A stretch of DNA of 64,000 nt from Ylistrum balloti (Eukaryota). The translations under genes and the position numbers were made by a program. The stretch lies in contig NW_026782299.1 of the NCBI RefSeq assembly GCF_031769215.1, forward strand, positions 2,356,001 to 2,420,000, read 5' to 3'. Positions 13,218-25,221 of this stretch are shown one piece after another (the first letter of the stretch is position 1; each line of letters opens with the position of its first letter). The notes below the pieces were generated by a model. That model was given only the letters and a program-made list of their open reading frames with translations, was not told where the DNA came from and ran no database searches.

Positions 13218-13290
13218 TGACGACCCGTATCCAGCGCTGACGACCCGTATCCGACGCTGACGACCCGTTTCCGGCGCTGACGACACTGTA
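13218..13290. repeat. 20-bp tandem repeat, about 3.5 copies
   Basis: TGACGACCCGTATCCAGCGC-type unit. Confidence 0.85.
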
Positions 13291-14809
13291 CTTTATAATT
13301 TACAATAGAGGTCAAATTTCCACACAGCAATGTATATGGGCTCAACACATACTATCAGAACTACTTGTTTACCATTCTATGTATTTGTATGTATGTTGTT
13401 GATCACGTGCAAAATTTACTATTCTTTTCTGTACCTGACGCTGTCGAATATATAATACACAGTAAAGGTTAAATTGGCTTATCACGAAGTCCATATAATA
13501 TATACCATGATGCACCACTCGTTACCATTCATTATGTATGCTGATACTATGCACAAAGGCATATATATATATATATATTGCTGAATAAAGATGACGTCAT
13601 ATGCATTGATGTCACCAAAGAAATTGATATCAGGCGTGAAACTCTGCTTTCACAAATGTCTTCAAACGTATGTGACAAGCAGAAATGTACTCTAATTCTA
13701 TTTCAAATGCTATATATGAAACCCGCCAGGATTTGATTTTACCTAGCCTCTTCTTGATAGGTGAAATGCACTCTTCGTATAAAAAATCATACGAATGAAA
13801 ATTCCTATGATCCTCTTGGTAAATGTCTTTCAGGTAACCGCAACGTAAGTATTTTATAATGATAAAACCGGTAATATGATATCTCCTAACCTAATGATGG
13901 TCTTCATTATAGATCTGTTTTAAGTCATGTTTGTAATCTCTTTCAGTAAAGCAATACTTAAGTGATTATGACGTATTTGGTATACAAATTGTAGTGAGAA
14001 AGTAGGGGTCTGATTCTCATCAGTGGATTATCTATCCATCCGCAGCCTACATTAGACATAAAACAGAACACCAGCCAGCGTCAGTACCCCAATCATATGT
14101 ATGTATATAAAAATATATCAGCCTCGTTTCTTACATTACAAGGCACTTTTGTCAGATAAATATACTTGAAGCATTCGTAGCTTCATTTTCAGTTAGCTAA
14201 TAGATTATTATACAGAACCTTTGGAGCGTTCAGTGGTAAAGTTATTGCATTGAATTTGAATGGCAAATTGCCACACTTCAGCAACGTAAACGAATTCATT
14301 GAGACCTATTTTCCCTGAGCGCATCATTACCAGCTTCTTCAAGTTCTCAAGATCAGCATGACTGTTTCGCCTCATGATGACTGCTGTTGTAATTACACTC
14401 TAATTATACTCTAATTACTGTCTGTAATTAACAGTCAATAATTAGACTGTACAACCTGAGGTGACGATAGTGTTGTTATATACAGGTATTTCATTATTTT
14501 ACGTTTAGTCGTCTATAGTCAGTTTCTTTGTCATTAGTTGAAATCGGCACTGCTTAGAACATTTATGTTGAAAAAGGTATAGATGATCGACAATCCATTT
14601 CTTGATTCATACGTTTTTAACAAATGCTTGTGAAGCTAAACTTTGCAGGATTTTGACGCACCTGAATTTTTTTCTAGGTTAGTGTGACGTGTTTTGTAGG
14701 AGATTACCATCGAGTCAGTCAACACTGTTGAAGATGATATTACGAATTCAATGTGTAACATGAAATCTCATTCTAATCCATAACTAGATACATACCTCCT
14801 TAAAACTCA

Positions 14810-15105
14810 CATCCTTGATGTGAAAAATATGCAACGCGTACTCTTCGTGTTAAAACTATGTACTTAAATTTTATATGTGAAAACCATGTAAGTATATTCT
14901 TTATGTGAAAACTGTGTACTCATTTGCTCTCTGTGAAAATTTGCTCTCTGTGAAAATTGTGTTCTCATTTATGTAAACACTATGTACTATTATTCTTCAT
15001 TTGAAAACTACATATGTACTCGTATGCTTAATGAGAAAACTATGTACGTGTATTCTTTATGTGAAATCTCTGTACTCATATCCTTGATTTGGAAACTATG
15101 TCATC
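14810..15105. repeat. Old, degenerate minisatellite
   Basis: A core resembling ATGTGAAAACTATGTACTC recurs about ten times at irregular spacing of roughly 28 bp. Confidence 0.6.
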
Positions 15106-15272
15106 ATTTTTGTTTTGTTTTTAGCACTCATAGGATTTCAGGTTCGAAAAGAGTTTTCACTGTAATATTTTAAAATAATATATGAATTGCTTTGATGTTG
15201 TAGAAAACATCCATACATTAGATCCGAATGATAATTAGGAGACAAGTGGTAGATTCCTAGAACAGTAATGTA

Positions 15273-15479
15273 GACAGAAATCAAGTTCCTTCAGGACAAA
15301 CACTGTGGTGGAGTGACAGAATCAAGTTCCTCCATGACAAACACTGTGGTGGAGTGACAGAATCAAGTTCCTCCATGTCAAACACTGTGGTGGAGTGACA
15401 GAATCAAGTTCCTTCATGACAAACACTGTGGTGGAGTGACAGAATCAAGTTCCTTCATGACAAACACTGTGGTGGAGTG
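15273..15479. repeat. 41-bp minisatellite, 5 copies
   Basis: Unit GACAGAATCAAGTTCCTYCATGACAAACACTGTGGTGGAGT; CACTGTGG occurs at 15301, 15342, 15383, 15424 and 15465. Confidence 0.95.
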
Positions 15480-15908
15480 TCAAGAAAAGAAAAGAGTGAG
15501 TGAGACCGATTTTGAGTAACAGGAGAAGATGTCAGCGAGTGTGTCGGTTTAGATAAGCATATAAAGTATTCTTAACCAAGAAATACTATGAACAACGTAA
15601 GATTGCTCAGACAGATTTTTTAAAAGGATTTTATCAATTCTGTATTATGTTATATTAAGCATGGATATGTTGTGCATTAACATGTTGGTATTTCAGCATT
15701 TTATTCTATTTGTGCTGATGTTTATGTTCTGCTTTTTAGATCATCACAGTAAATAATATTTATTTGAAATAAATCTTGGAGAACATATATTCCTTCTTGG
15801 TCAGAGACATATGTTTTGCATTTTTTATCTGCAAAACGATATATTCATATCTTAAAATACCGCTATATAATCTATTGTAAATAAATCGTTCATCTGGAGC
15901 GAGAAATC

Positions 15909-15920
15909 TGCGCATGCGCG
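15909..15920. promoter_or_regulatory. NRF1-type motif
   Basis: TGCGCATGCGCG matches YGCGCAYGCGCR inside a small CpG-rich patch. Motif match only. Confidence 0.3.
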
Positions 15921-16360
15921 ATGCGGTATGTCCTCAATAGCTGCATATGAAACCATTGAACGAGCATTCAAGACATGCATATGTCTGTCTCCAGTCTCAT
16001 TATGTTAAACTTCACATAGTCACAGTAATTGCGTTAGCATAGTATAAACGTCCTAATTAAAACTGCTTTATTGATAAGACCTGATTGTTTTTAGAATTGT
16101 AGCTTTAGAATGCTAGTGTGAATTTTTCGTATTTGCTGTCGGTAAAATAAAAATATTAGTTAAACCTAGGTTTGTGTAGCATGGACATAATCAACAGGAG
16201 CCGACTGATAGGTAATTGTAGATGTAAGAGGTACCTTGGTAATACGTTACACATTCTCGTTCAAATAGAAGAACGATATCATCTTTTATAATAATTATTT
16301 GTGTTACAACATCAGGGTTGTAGACGGAACTGTAAATGTGACAGGCTCAAACAATAACGT

Positions 16361-17275
16361 GTATGACGAACTTAATACATCGTTTCTCTGTCCAAGGCGG
16401 AACTGTGGTGGGTGATTGGTTGAAATGATTACTTGTATGACGGACGAAATACATCGTTTCTCTGTCCAAGGCGGAATTTTGATCCGAGTGTGTAATCGGC
16501 TGAAATGATTACTTGTATGACGGACGAAATACATCGTTTCTCTGTCCAAGGCGGAACTGTGGGTGTGAGATTGGCTGAAATGATTACTTGTATGACGGAC
16601 GAAATACATCGTTTCTCTGTCCAAGGCGGAATTTTGATCCGAGTGTGTAATCGGCTGAAATCATTACTTGTATGACGGACGAAATACATCGTTTCTCTGT
16701 CCAAGGCGGAACTGTGGGTGTGAGATTGGCTGAAATGATTACTTGTATGACGGACGAAATACATCGTTTCTCTGTCCAAGGCGGAACTGTGGTGGGTGAT
16801 TGGTTGAAATGATTACTTGTATGACGGATGAAATACATCGTTTCTCTGTCCAAGGCGGAACTGTGGGTGTGAGATTGGCTGAAATCATTACTTGTATGAC
16901 GGACGAAATACATCGTTTCTCTGTCCAAGGCGGAACTGTGGGTGGGTGATTGGTTGAAATCATTACTTGTATGACGGACGAAATACATCGTTTCTCTGTC
17001 CAAGGCGGAACTGTGGGTGTGAGATTGGCTGAAATCATTACTTGTATGACGGATGAAATACATCGTTTCTCTGTCCAAGGCGGAACTGTGGTGGGTGATT
17101 GGTTGAAATCATTACTTGTATGACGGATGAAATACATCGTTTCTCTGTCCAAGGCGGAACTGTGGTGGGTGATTGGTTGAAATGATTACTTGTATGACGG
17201 ACGAAATACATCGTTTCTCTGTCCAAGGCGGAACTGTGGGTGGGTCATTGGTTGAAATCATTACCTGAGTGACGG
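16361..17275. repeat. 74/75/80-bp minisatellite, about 12 copies of three subtypes, with an internal 155-bp dimer duplication
   Basis: Core CGTTTCTCTGTCCAAGGCGGAA at 16381, 16455, 16535, 16610, 16690, 16765, 16839, 16914, 16989, 17064, 17138 and 17212. The successive periods are 74,80,75,80,75,74,75,75,75,74,74. Confidence 0.97.
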
Positions 17276-18738
17276 CCTGATTCCATTACTTTTGTTGTAG
17301 GTGGGAAAATGTAGCCGATTGAAACCATCACTTCTGCGCTATATACTCGTGATCCTTTTCATGTCTTTGTTGTAAGCAAAACTATAAAGTTAAGATGTGA
17401 CTTATAAAAACCGACTGTTCCTGTACTACAAACTGTGACGAAAGCTTTCAAATCACTGAAACGTAACTGTTATGTAAAAAAGCAACAAACTAAACGTCTT
17501 TGCTTTTTAGATAAAACTGCAGCATAAGTTAGAGTCTAAATAAAATTTTGTCTAATGCAGACGGATCTATTACATAAATGTAAGACTAACTAAGACTAAC
17601 TGGCATGCTGGGTAAACAGTGGAATAATTGTAGGAATAGTTTAAACTAATATGTCTCTGCGATCGAAGGAATTAGTATACAAATGCGTGAATTAGATCAG
17701 TATTGATTCGTTCTAGATCACAATAACATGACGTCATGTTGGTGTTTTGCTGACCTACGTATCACAGCTTTACGTAAATCATTCAGATGATGATGATTTT
17801 GGGGAACTTTTTCCAGTAAATAGCGATTCACTGCTACAATTTAAATAAAAAGACGTATTAATATTATGAAATAATGTCTGAAATGAACATTTAAATGATC
17901 GTCAAATTACAAAAATCATCAATACAAATGCCATCTGGATAACAGATAGATAGAATGATGTCCTTCAGCGTCGTATGACTAGGTGATGAAGGGAGTTAAG
18001 ACGGAAATCTGTGAACTACTGGGATAACTTTTCCATATCAATGGAATTCAGATATAAAAAGCTGTTGTTTCTTCGATAATTCTTAGAGACAAACGAGATT
18101 TAGCGAAATATATATGTATTACTTAGATAATTCTCTGTGACAAACGAGTAGTTGGAACTTCGATATATGTAACTCTTGGTACAAACATGTAACGATGTCT
18201 GATAATTCTCTGTGATAGAATAAACAAAATTTTTAATATGATTTCATCGTTAACGTAGATTTCTGCGTAAAACAAAATTGGTTTGGTGTTACACCGCCTG
18301 TAATCCAATCAGTTATATTATTTCAACGGTGGCCTCCCGGTCTGTGCGAAATTGTGAATGATTCCATGAGTCTTCGATAAATTCGTGTAAGTGTTTTTGT
18401 GATAGTGGGGTTCAGATGCTGACTTTATAGTGTTTTCACAAATAAGTGTATTGCTGAAGCCAAAAAGAAGGACATGGCAACCGGTCAAATCATACTGACA
18501 AAAGGAAAGCCAACCGTTACATTATCACAATGTGATATCAATGTAGGAATGACTAAAGCTAAATACAAATCATGGTGGGCTGAACTTTAATAGAAACAAT
18601 CATCAGTAACACTGCACAAATCGTGCACAATAAACGTTTCTCAGGGAATTGCATATAACGAGGAATATTATAACGGACTTTATCATTATCAGTATAATCG
18701 TTATCATCGTCATCAATAGGTCGACAGGAGATCATATC

Positions 18739-20148
18739 TCAAGTTTTCTTTGAATACTCCTTATCGCGTAAAATCTCTTTCATCTCGTACAATTGGAAAT
18801 GTATGTTAGTAACAAGTTTCTCCAGGTTTTCAAGCCTCTGATTAACATGCAAGTTCTCCTCCTTCAATGAGGTAACTATGTCATTAACCTGGTGAACGCC
18901 CTTGGAAACCTCAACCGTCCCGATTGCACACTCACGTAGATGAGACTTGGTGAGATGCGATTGGTTCATTTTTCTAATGGCGTCCAATAATTTCCGGCGA
19001 TGACGTAAAACGTACGTATGGTTCATAGAGTAGCCTCGCTTTCGTAATCGCCAGACAATGAAGGACTGTTTCACAACATCAGCCGCAGCGTTACGTCTCA
19101 GTTTATCCATGTGAATTTGTTGAACGAATGTATGAACGTAACGTTCAGGTCTCGTTTGTTCGAGTTTTCGGGCGAGAACAGCGACACACAGTGCCATTAT
19201 ACCGACTCCCATAAGCCCTGTTTGTATTGCTATTACTCTACCACAAATACTTTGTGGTGTGACGTCACCGTATCCTAAAGTTAGAAAGGTCACGGCCGTT
19301 AGCCAAAGAGCTTGCGCGTAATGATCTTTCCCGTCCGCCGGGTTCGTGTGGTACTCGCAGACTCTAAGCGACCAACTGTTTATCAGCAATGTCGTCACCA
19401 ATATGGCAGAAAGACACGTGCCAGGTCGCGTGGTCATCAAAGCTTTAAATACGAACTGGGCGTTAATGTTTACTTTACTTAACGTCCCTAAACTCTGAAC
19501 GGTCGTGTCCTTGAACAAGTCACTGTGAACCACTAGGAATCGTCCAAGTATGTATAATCTAAGAAACATAAGAATGGCTAAAATGGAATTAAGCGGCACA
19601 TACCGCGTGTTGAATTCGGCTCGCTCAGCCTCGAATTCAACAACAGTCATCGGAATTTTTATATCACCGAATGGAAATGGATGGAAGAAACAAACAATCG
19701 CCTCAGCGACTATTTTAAACACAGTACTATACGTGATGACGAGTTGCCAATTGTCTAGCCCCGCACTAACGATCTTCAACTGAATGCCAATTAAGTTATA
19801 GGCAACGACAGACATTACTAGTAACAAACTTGTCACTGTTGTGATTGCGCGCATCGCGATTGATATGGCGTCCAAAGGGGAAACAACTCCTGCAAACTGC
19901 AGTTCCGTATCTATTACTATCACAACAACACCGGTAATGCTTAACAGACATGACAGGTCTACTACCATGGACCGCCTGCCAATGAGCTCTTTGCGTCTGC
20001 GCAATCTGTGTCCAAGATGTTGTTTGATCTGCGGGGACTTGATTCCGGAACTCATCGTGATTTTGTCTTCTTCTATTAGTTGATCTGTGCTGACGTAACG
20101 AGCGTAATATCCATCACTTTTAACTAGAGGAATGCCTGGACCTTCCAT
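18739..20148 (-). CDS. KCNN: Small-conductance Ca2+-activated K+ channel (SK/KCNN family), uninterrupted CDS of about 469 aa from MEGPGIPL
   Basis: Contains the S1 lead-in HLGHRLRRRKELIGRR, S3 AIVCFFHPFP, S4 ILMFLRLYILGRFLVVHSDLF, pore ALWLTAVTFLTLGYGDVTPQSICGR, S6 end ALCVAVLARKL, a calmodulin-binding region LEQTRPERYVHTF...NAAADVVK, and a C-terminal coiled coil. The ORF-track start at 20193 lies 5' of a strong acceptor (ttttatatgttacAG, 20173-20174), so ATG 20148 is preferred. Confidence 0.97.
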   Translation of the reverse strand: MEGPGIPLVKSDGYYARYVSTDQLIEEDKITMSSGIKSPQIKQHLGHRLRRRKELIGRRSMVVDLSCLLSITGVVVIVIDTELQFAGVVSPLDAISIAMRAITTVTSLLLVMSVVAYNLIGIQLKIVSAGLDNWQLVITYSTVFKIVAEAIVCFFHPFPFGDIKIPMTVVEFEAERAEFNTRYVPLNSILAILMFLRLYILGRFLVVHSDLFKDTTVQSLGTLSKVNINAQFVFKALMTTRPGTCLSAILVTTLLINSWSLRVCEYHTNPADGKDHYAQALWLTAVTFLTLGYGDVTPQSICGRVIAIQTGLMGVGIMALCVAVLARKLEQTRPERYVHTFVQQIHMDKLRRNAAADVVKQSFIVWRLRKRGYSMNHTYVLRHRRKLLDAIRKMNQSHLTKSHLRECAIGTVEVSKGVHQVNDIVTSLKEENLHVNQRLENLEKLVTNIHFQLYEMKEILRDKEYSKKT

Positions 20149-20156
20149 TCCTTGTA

Positions 20157-22013
20157 ACGGAAACACTGGGATCTGTAACATATAAAAATACAAACTTATA
20201 AAGATTGAGTATAAAAACTTATCTCATAACTCACACCGGAAACACTGGGATCTGTAATATATAAAAACACAAAATTGTAAAGATTGAGTATAAAAACTTA
20301 TCTCATAACTCACACCGGAAACACTGGGATCTGTAATATATAAAAACACAAACTTATAAAGATTGAGTATAAAAACTTATCTCATAACTCACACCGGAAA
20401 CACTGGGATCTGTAATATATAAAAACACAAACTTATAAAGATTGAGTATAAAAACTTATCTCATAACTCACACCGGAAATACTTGGATCTGTAACAAAAA
20501 CTTGTAAAGATTAAGTATAAAGAATTATCTCATAACTCACAACGGAAATACTTGGATCTGTAACAAAAACTTGTAAAGATTAAGTATAAAGAATTATCTC
20601 ATAACTCACACCGGAAATACTTGGATCTGTAACAAAAACTTGTAAAGATTAAGTATAAAGAATTATCTCATAACTCACACCGGAAATACTTGGATCTGTA
20701 ACAAAAACTTGTAAAGATTAAGTATAAAGAATTATCTCATAACTCACAACGGAAATACTTGGATCTGTAACAAAAAATTGTAAAGATTAAGTATAAAGAA
20801 TTATCTCATAACTCACACCGGAAATACTTGGATCTGTAACAAAAACTTGTAAAGATTAAGTATAAAGAATTATCTCATAACTCACAACGGAAATACTTGG
20901 ATCTGTAACAAAAACTTGTAAAGATTAAGTATAAAGAATTATCTCATAACTCACACCGGAAATACTTGGATCTGTAACAAAAACTTGTAAAGATTAAGTA
21001 TAAAGAATTATCTCATAACTCACACCGGAAATACTTGGATCTGTAACAAAAACTTGTAAAGATTAAGTATAAAGAATTATCTCATAACTCACACCGGAAA
21101 TACTTGGATCTGTAACAAAAACTTGTAAAGATTAAGTATAAAGAATTATCTCATAACTCACACCGGAAATACTTGGATCTGTAACAAAAATTTGTAAAGA
21201 TTAAGTATAAAGAATTATCTCATAACTCACAACGGAAATACTTGGATCTGTAACAAAAACTTGTAAAGATTAAGTATAAAGAATTATCTCATAACTCACA
21301 CCGGAAATACTTGGATCTGTAACAAAAACTTGTAAAGATTAAGTATAAAGACTTATCTCATAACTCACAACGGAAATACTTGGATCTGTAACAAAAACTT
21401 GTAAAGATTAAGTATAAAGAATTATCTCATAACTCACACCGGAAATACTTGGATCTGTAACAAAAACTTGTAAAGATTAAGTATAAAGACTTATCTCATA
21501 ACTCACAACGGAAATACTTGGATCTGTAACAAAAACTTGTAAAGATTAAGTATAAAGACTTATCTCATAACTCACAACGGAAATACTTGGATCTGTAACA
21601 AAAACTTGTAAAGATTAAGTATAAAGACTTATCTCATAACTCACAACGGAAATACTTGGATCTGTAACAAAAACTTGTAAAGATTAAGTATAAAGACTTA
21701 TCTCATAACTCACACCGGAAATACTTGGATCTGTAACAAAAACTTGTAAAGATTAAGTATAAAGAATTATCTCATAACTCACACCGGAAATACTTGGATC
21801 TGTAACAAAAACTTGTAAAGATTAAGTATAAAGAATTATCTCATAACTCACACCGGAAATACTTGGATCTGTAACAAAAACTTGTAAAGATTAAGTATAA
21901 AGACTTATCTCATAACTCACAACGGAAATACTTGGATCTGTAACAAAAACTTGTAAAGATTAAGTATAAAGACTTATCTCATAACTCACACCGGAAGCAC
22001 TGGGATCTGTAAC
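20157..22013 (-). repeat. 69/79-bp tandem array abutting the SK exon; each unit contains acceptor, 17-nt exon copy and donor
   Basis: ATCTCATAACTCAC occurs at 20221, 20300, 20379, 20458 and then every 69 bp to 21976, giving 26 copies (1518/69 = 22 exactly). The minus-strand unit is ...TTTTTGTTACAG ATCCAAGTATTTCCGKT GTGAGTTATGAGATAA... Confidence 0.97.
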
Positions 22014-25000
22014 ACACAGCACTACAAACTTTGAATATGAAGACATATCACCTTACCTGTGGAGACTAGATCTACAACAATCATTAACAAACATTTATCA
22101 TATTGACTAAACATGGCTGCTGTTTGGATGAACAGCATAACACTCTAAGGTGAATACAAACGATGTAAACAGAGATTTCAGAAAACATATATCTGTACAT
22201 CGAAAGTTTAGAACAAAGTGTGACCCACCCCTTCTATAACATACTGTATCATTGTGTTATGTCACGAGACTAATATTTCGTGGTTGTCCTTTGGTTAGGC
22301 GAGTTCGCGGGGTTGCGTTTCGCTCTTGTCAATACGTTGGTATCCAGTCATACAGGCATATATCGTATGTTTCTTGAGTTTCTGATTCAGTGGATATTTA
22401 AATTCACGCCATCTTTCATGAGTGCAAATATAGCGAAATCAAATTCGACCGCGAATACGACCTACAACAAATGTGTACTGTTTTTATTGTGTTATGATTT
22501 TATTTGTTTAGAACTGATAAAAAAAACCGCGTGGAGAATTCGTTTATGGGCAGAAGTGTGGTAAATATCAGACTTATACACTGAATTTGAATATCTAATA
22601 AAAAGTGATCACCTTAAACGATAAAACAGAACACATCGTAACATTATCATCAGTTACATATGTTGTGTATATCGTTACATAGATACACTAGTGTGCATAC
22701 CTATAATACATGTACCTGGTAGACAGAACTCGACATTACCGAGATTACAAAGTAAAAAACGATCCGTAAAAAGAACGGATGTACTGCAACAGTTTCATAC
22801 AAATTACACAAACGATCTTCGTATGTAAAACGCTTTATACTTTGTATTTGAACTTGGCTATTAAATAAAGATAAATATAAAATAAAAGATGTTCCAGATA
22901 GGTTAAACCGTCAATTACCATTGTGTAGGCAAATTACAGGAGAAAGACCGTGAAACGGCAGTCGACACAAAAAACAGATCCTTGGATCTTAGTCAGTTCT
23001 GCCAGGGTTGCAGTTTTTAAAAACCGTGATTGAAAAATACCGGATTATGTGGATAATATACCCAGCAATGTCTAATTGTAGTGAAATCAAACCTTTATCT
23101 TAAGTGAAACCAGACCTTGAGAGTATCTAGACTGATCTTGACCCCAGCTCAGTACAGTTATTTGTGAGAATCACGCTACTTTGTACTATAGGATCAAGTT
23201 CCAGCCATTAAAAAACCACATTTTTCAAATAGAAACATGTATAAGACTCATGAAAGATTGTACAAAAGACACACAAGTAAATAACACTTTACAATACAAA
23301 CTGTAGAATTACATACAGCAGGTCCAAACTGCAGTATGCCAATGCTACTTATACAAAATTAGGTAGATGGAGTTGTACATAAATGTCTATTTCAAGCACT
23401 ATTAAACAAGAATCGTACTTCAGAATTCAATTATCGAAACACGAATGACAAAATAATGTATACATATAGGCAGATTATCATCCAACGCCATTCTATTTTG
23501 TGTTCCACTGACTTTCGTATATGTGCTTACTGCAATTAATCACACGACTATTCTGGTCAAATGTTGCTGTTTGTTTTAGATTTTGTAGATAAATAAATTC
23601 AAAACTCTTATTAGTTTTTTATTATCGTATTCCGTTTACATTGACCATATCCAAAAACGGAACATTTTGGAAAAAAAGCCCAACAAAACAAAAAACTAAT
23701 TGGTTATGTGTACTGTATACTGTAGTGTAGAAAGACGATTCTAGGCGTCTTTTCCTAATTGAACTTTCATACAAATGAGGAGCAGAGCACTTTATCGCAA
23801 TTAAGCACTTACTGGGTCGACATGAATAATTTTCAGGACACAATTAGCGAAGCTCCATGTTTTAGTGTCGGTGTTAAAGACTAGGCTAAAGTACACGGTT
23901 CGATTTTATATACCGGCTAGTTCAATCAAACACATACGATGATTAATTCGCATTGATAATATATAGCAAATCCATGGATGCATGTTACAGAATCAATATT
24001 TATCGTACCAATCTCTGACGTAGGTCATTAAAACACATCTATTTTACCTCACACTATTATTAGTAATTTGTATGGGCTGTAATTTATATATTTTCCATTA
24101 TCTGTTTCATCATTGACATAAACTGGCTGAAATGTCGTGTACATTCTCTCAAGGTCAATACTCAAACTGCAAGCAAGCACATTTAGCTCACGTCTTAGTA
24201 ACAAAATTACATATCATGTATCCCGGGAAGATGGCCACTGGTGAAGTGTTCATAGGAATGATTGGTCATTTGTTAAAACCCTTTTATAGATGTGATACAT
24301 TTAACAGGACAACGGTTAAATATCGGTTATTCTATTATATCTAATCGTTTTAAGCACCAACTCGTGATTTCCCATATCTGAAGAATAAGTCTTTCAAGAA
24401 ACAAGAAATGTTATACATGGAATCATCTCTTCTTACTCTAAATCCCCAAAATTACCGAACTTCTCATAAGTGCAAACGCCAAAATAAGGGTTTTAGAATT
24501 CCAAAAAGTTAGAGCTTTGGTGAACAGTATTGAAATGAAACTTGCTGAATGTAGCTGAATATGAAACCATTTCGAAACAAATTTAAGGATCTTTTAAAAA
24601 CAATTCGTTGACAATTATACTCTGAATATTACACGTTCGATACTAATCAAGTTGTTCACATGTTGGCATACGTTAGACTATTAGAAACTGTAATTTAACT
24701 CATGACCTTCGGGATTTTTCTTTCTCCATTTCGTCAATTAGAACTAGCTGTGATACTACGTCATCATCAATTCTGGCACTGCATGTTTCCGACATATCCC
24801 CGAATATGATGTGAAAAATAAAGGCACTTAATGTGTCAAATTATCAAAGAAACAAACCTGACACGGGCTTAATTCCATACGTATTAACTTCAACATGTCA
24901 GGTTTCGTGGGATTCGTTTTAAATGTCACTAGCAAGGAGTTTGCTGTAAAAGAACTATGAAACGAGAATTGTGGAAAATGGCTCCTTAGCATCTCGACCC

Positions 25001-25221
25001 GTTCAATCATGTTATTGGGCAATTTTCTGTTGGGCACTTTCTGTGTCAATACATTTATTAGTGACTGGTCAGGCGAACAGCCCATCAGCTGGACACACGC
25101 ATAGTGTCGACTTTCATCCGAATTGCCATTAGAGCTAGTGAAATGGTACATCTCTTGGGGTCAATTTCTGTTAGTGAAAATTACCGAATCAACAACAACA
25201 GTGTAGAAATAACCTACTTAC

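Noticed and set aside
16304-17226. Overlapping minus-strand ORFs (MDRETMYF... repeats)
   Set aside because: They are produced by the 74-80-bp array switching frames.
19550-20083. Plus-strand ORFs of 77 and 80 aa
   Set aside because: They are antisense shadows of the SK CDS.
20149-20193. ORF-track start MYFYMLQ for the SK protein
   Set aside because: These codons are the pyrimidine tract and TTACAG acceptor of the last array unit, so they are probably intronic.
2256-22013. CRISPR-like appearance of the regular arrays
   Set aside because: The units are contiguous with no unique spacers, and there are no cas genes.
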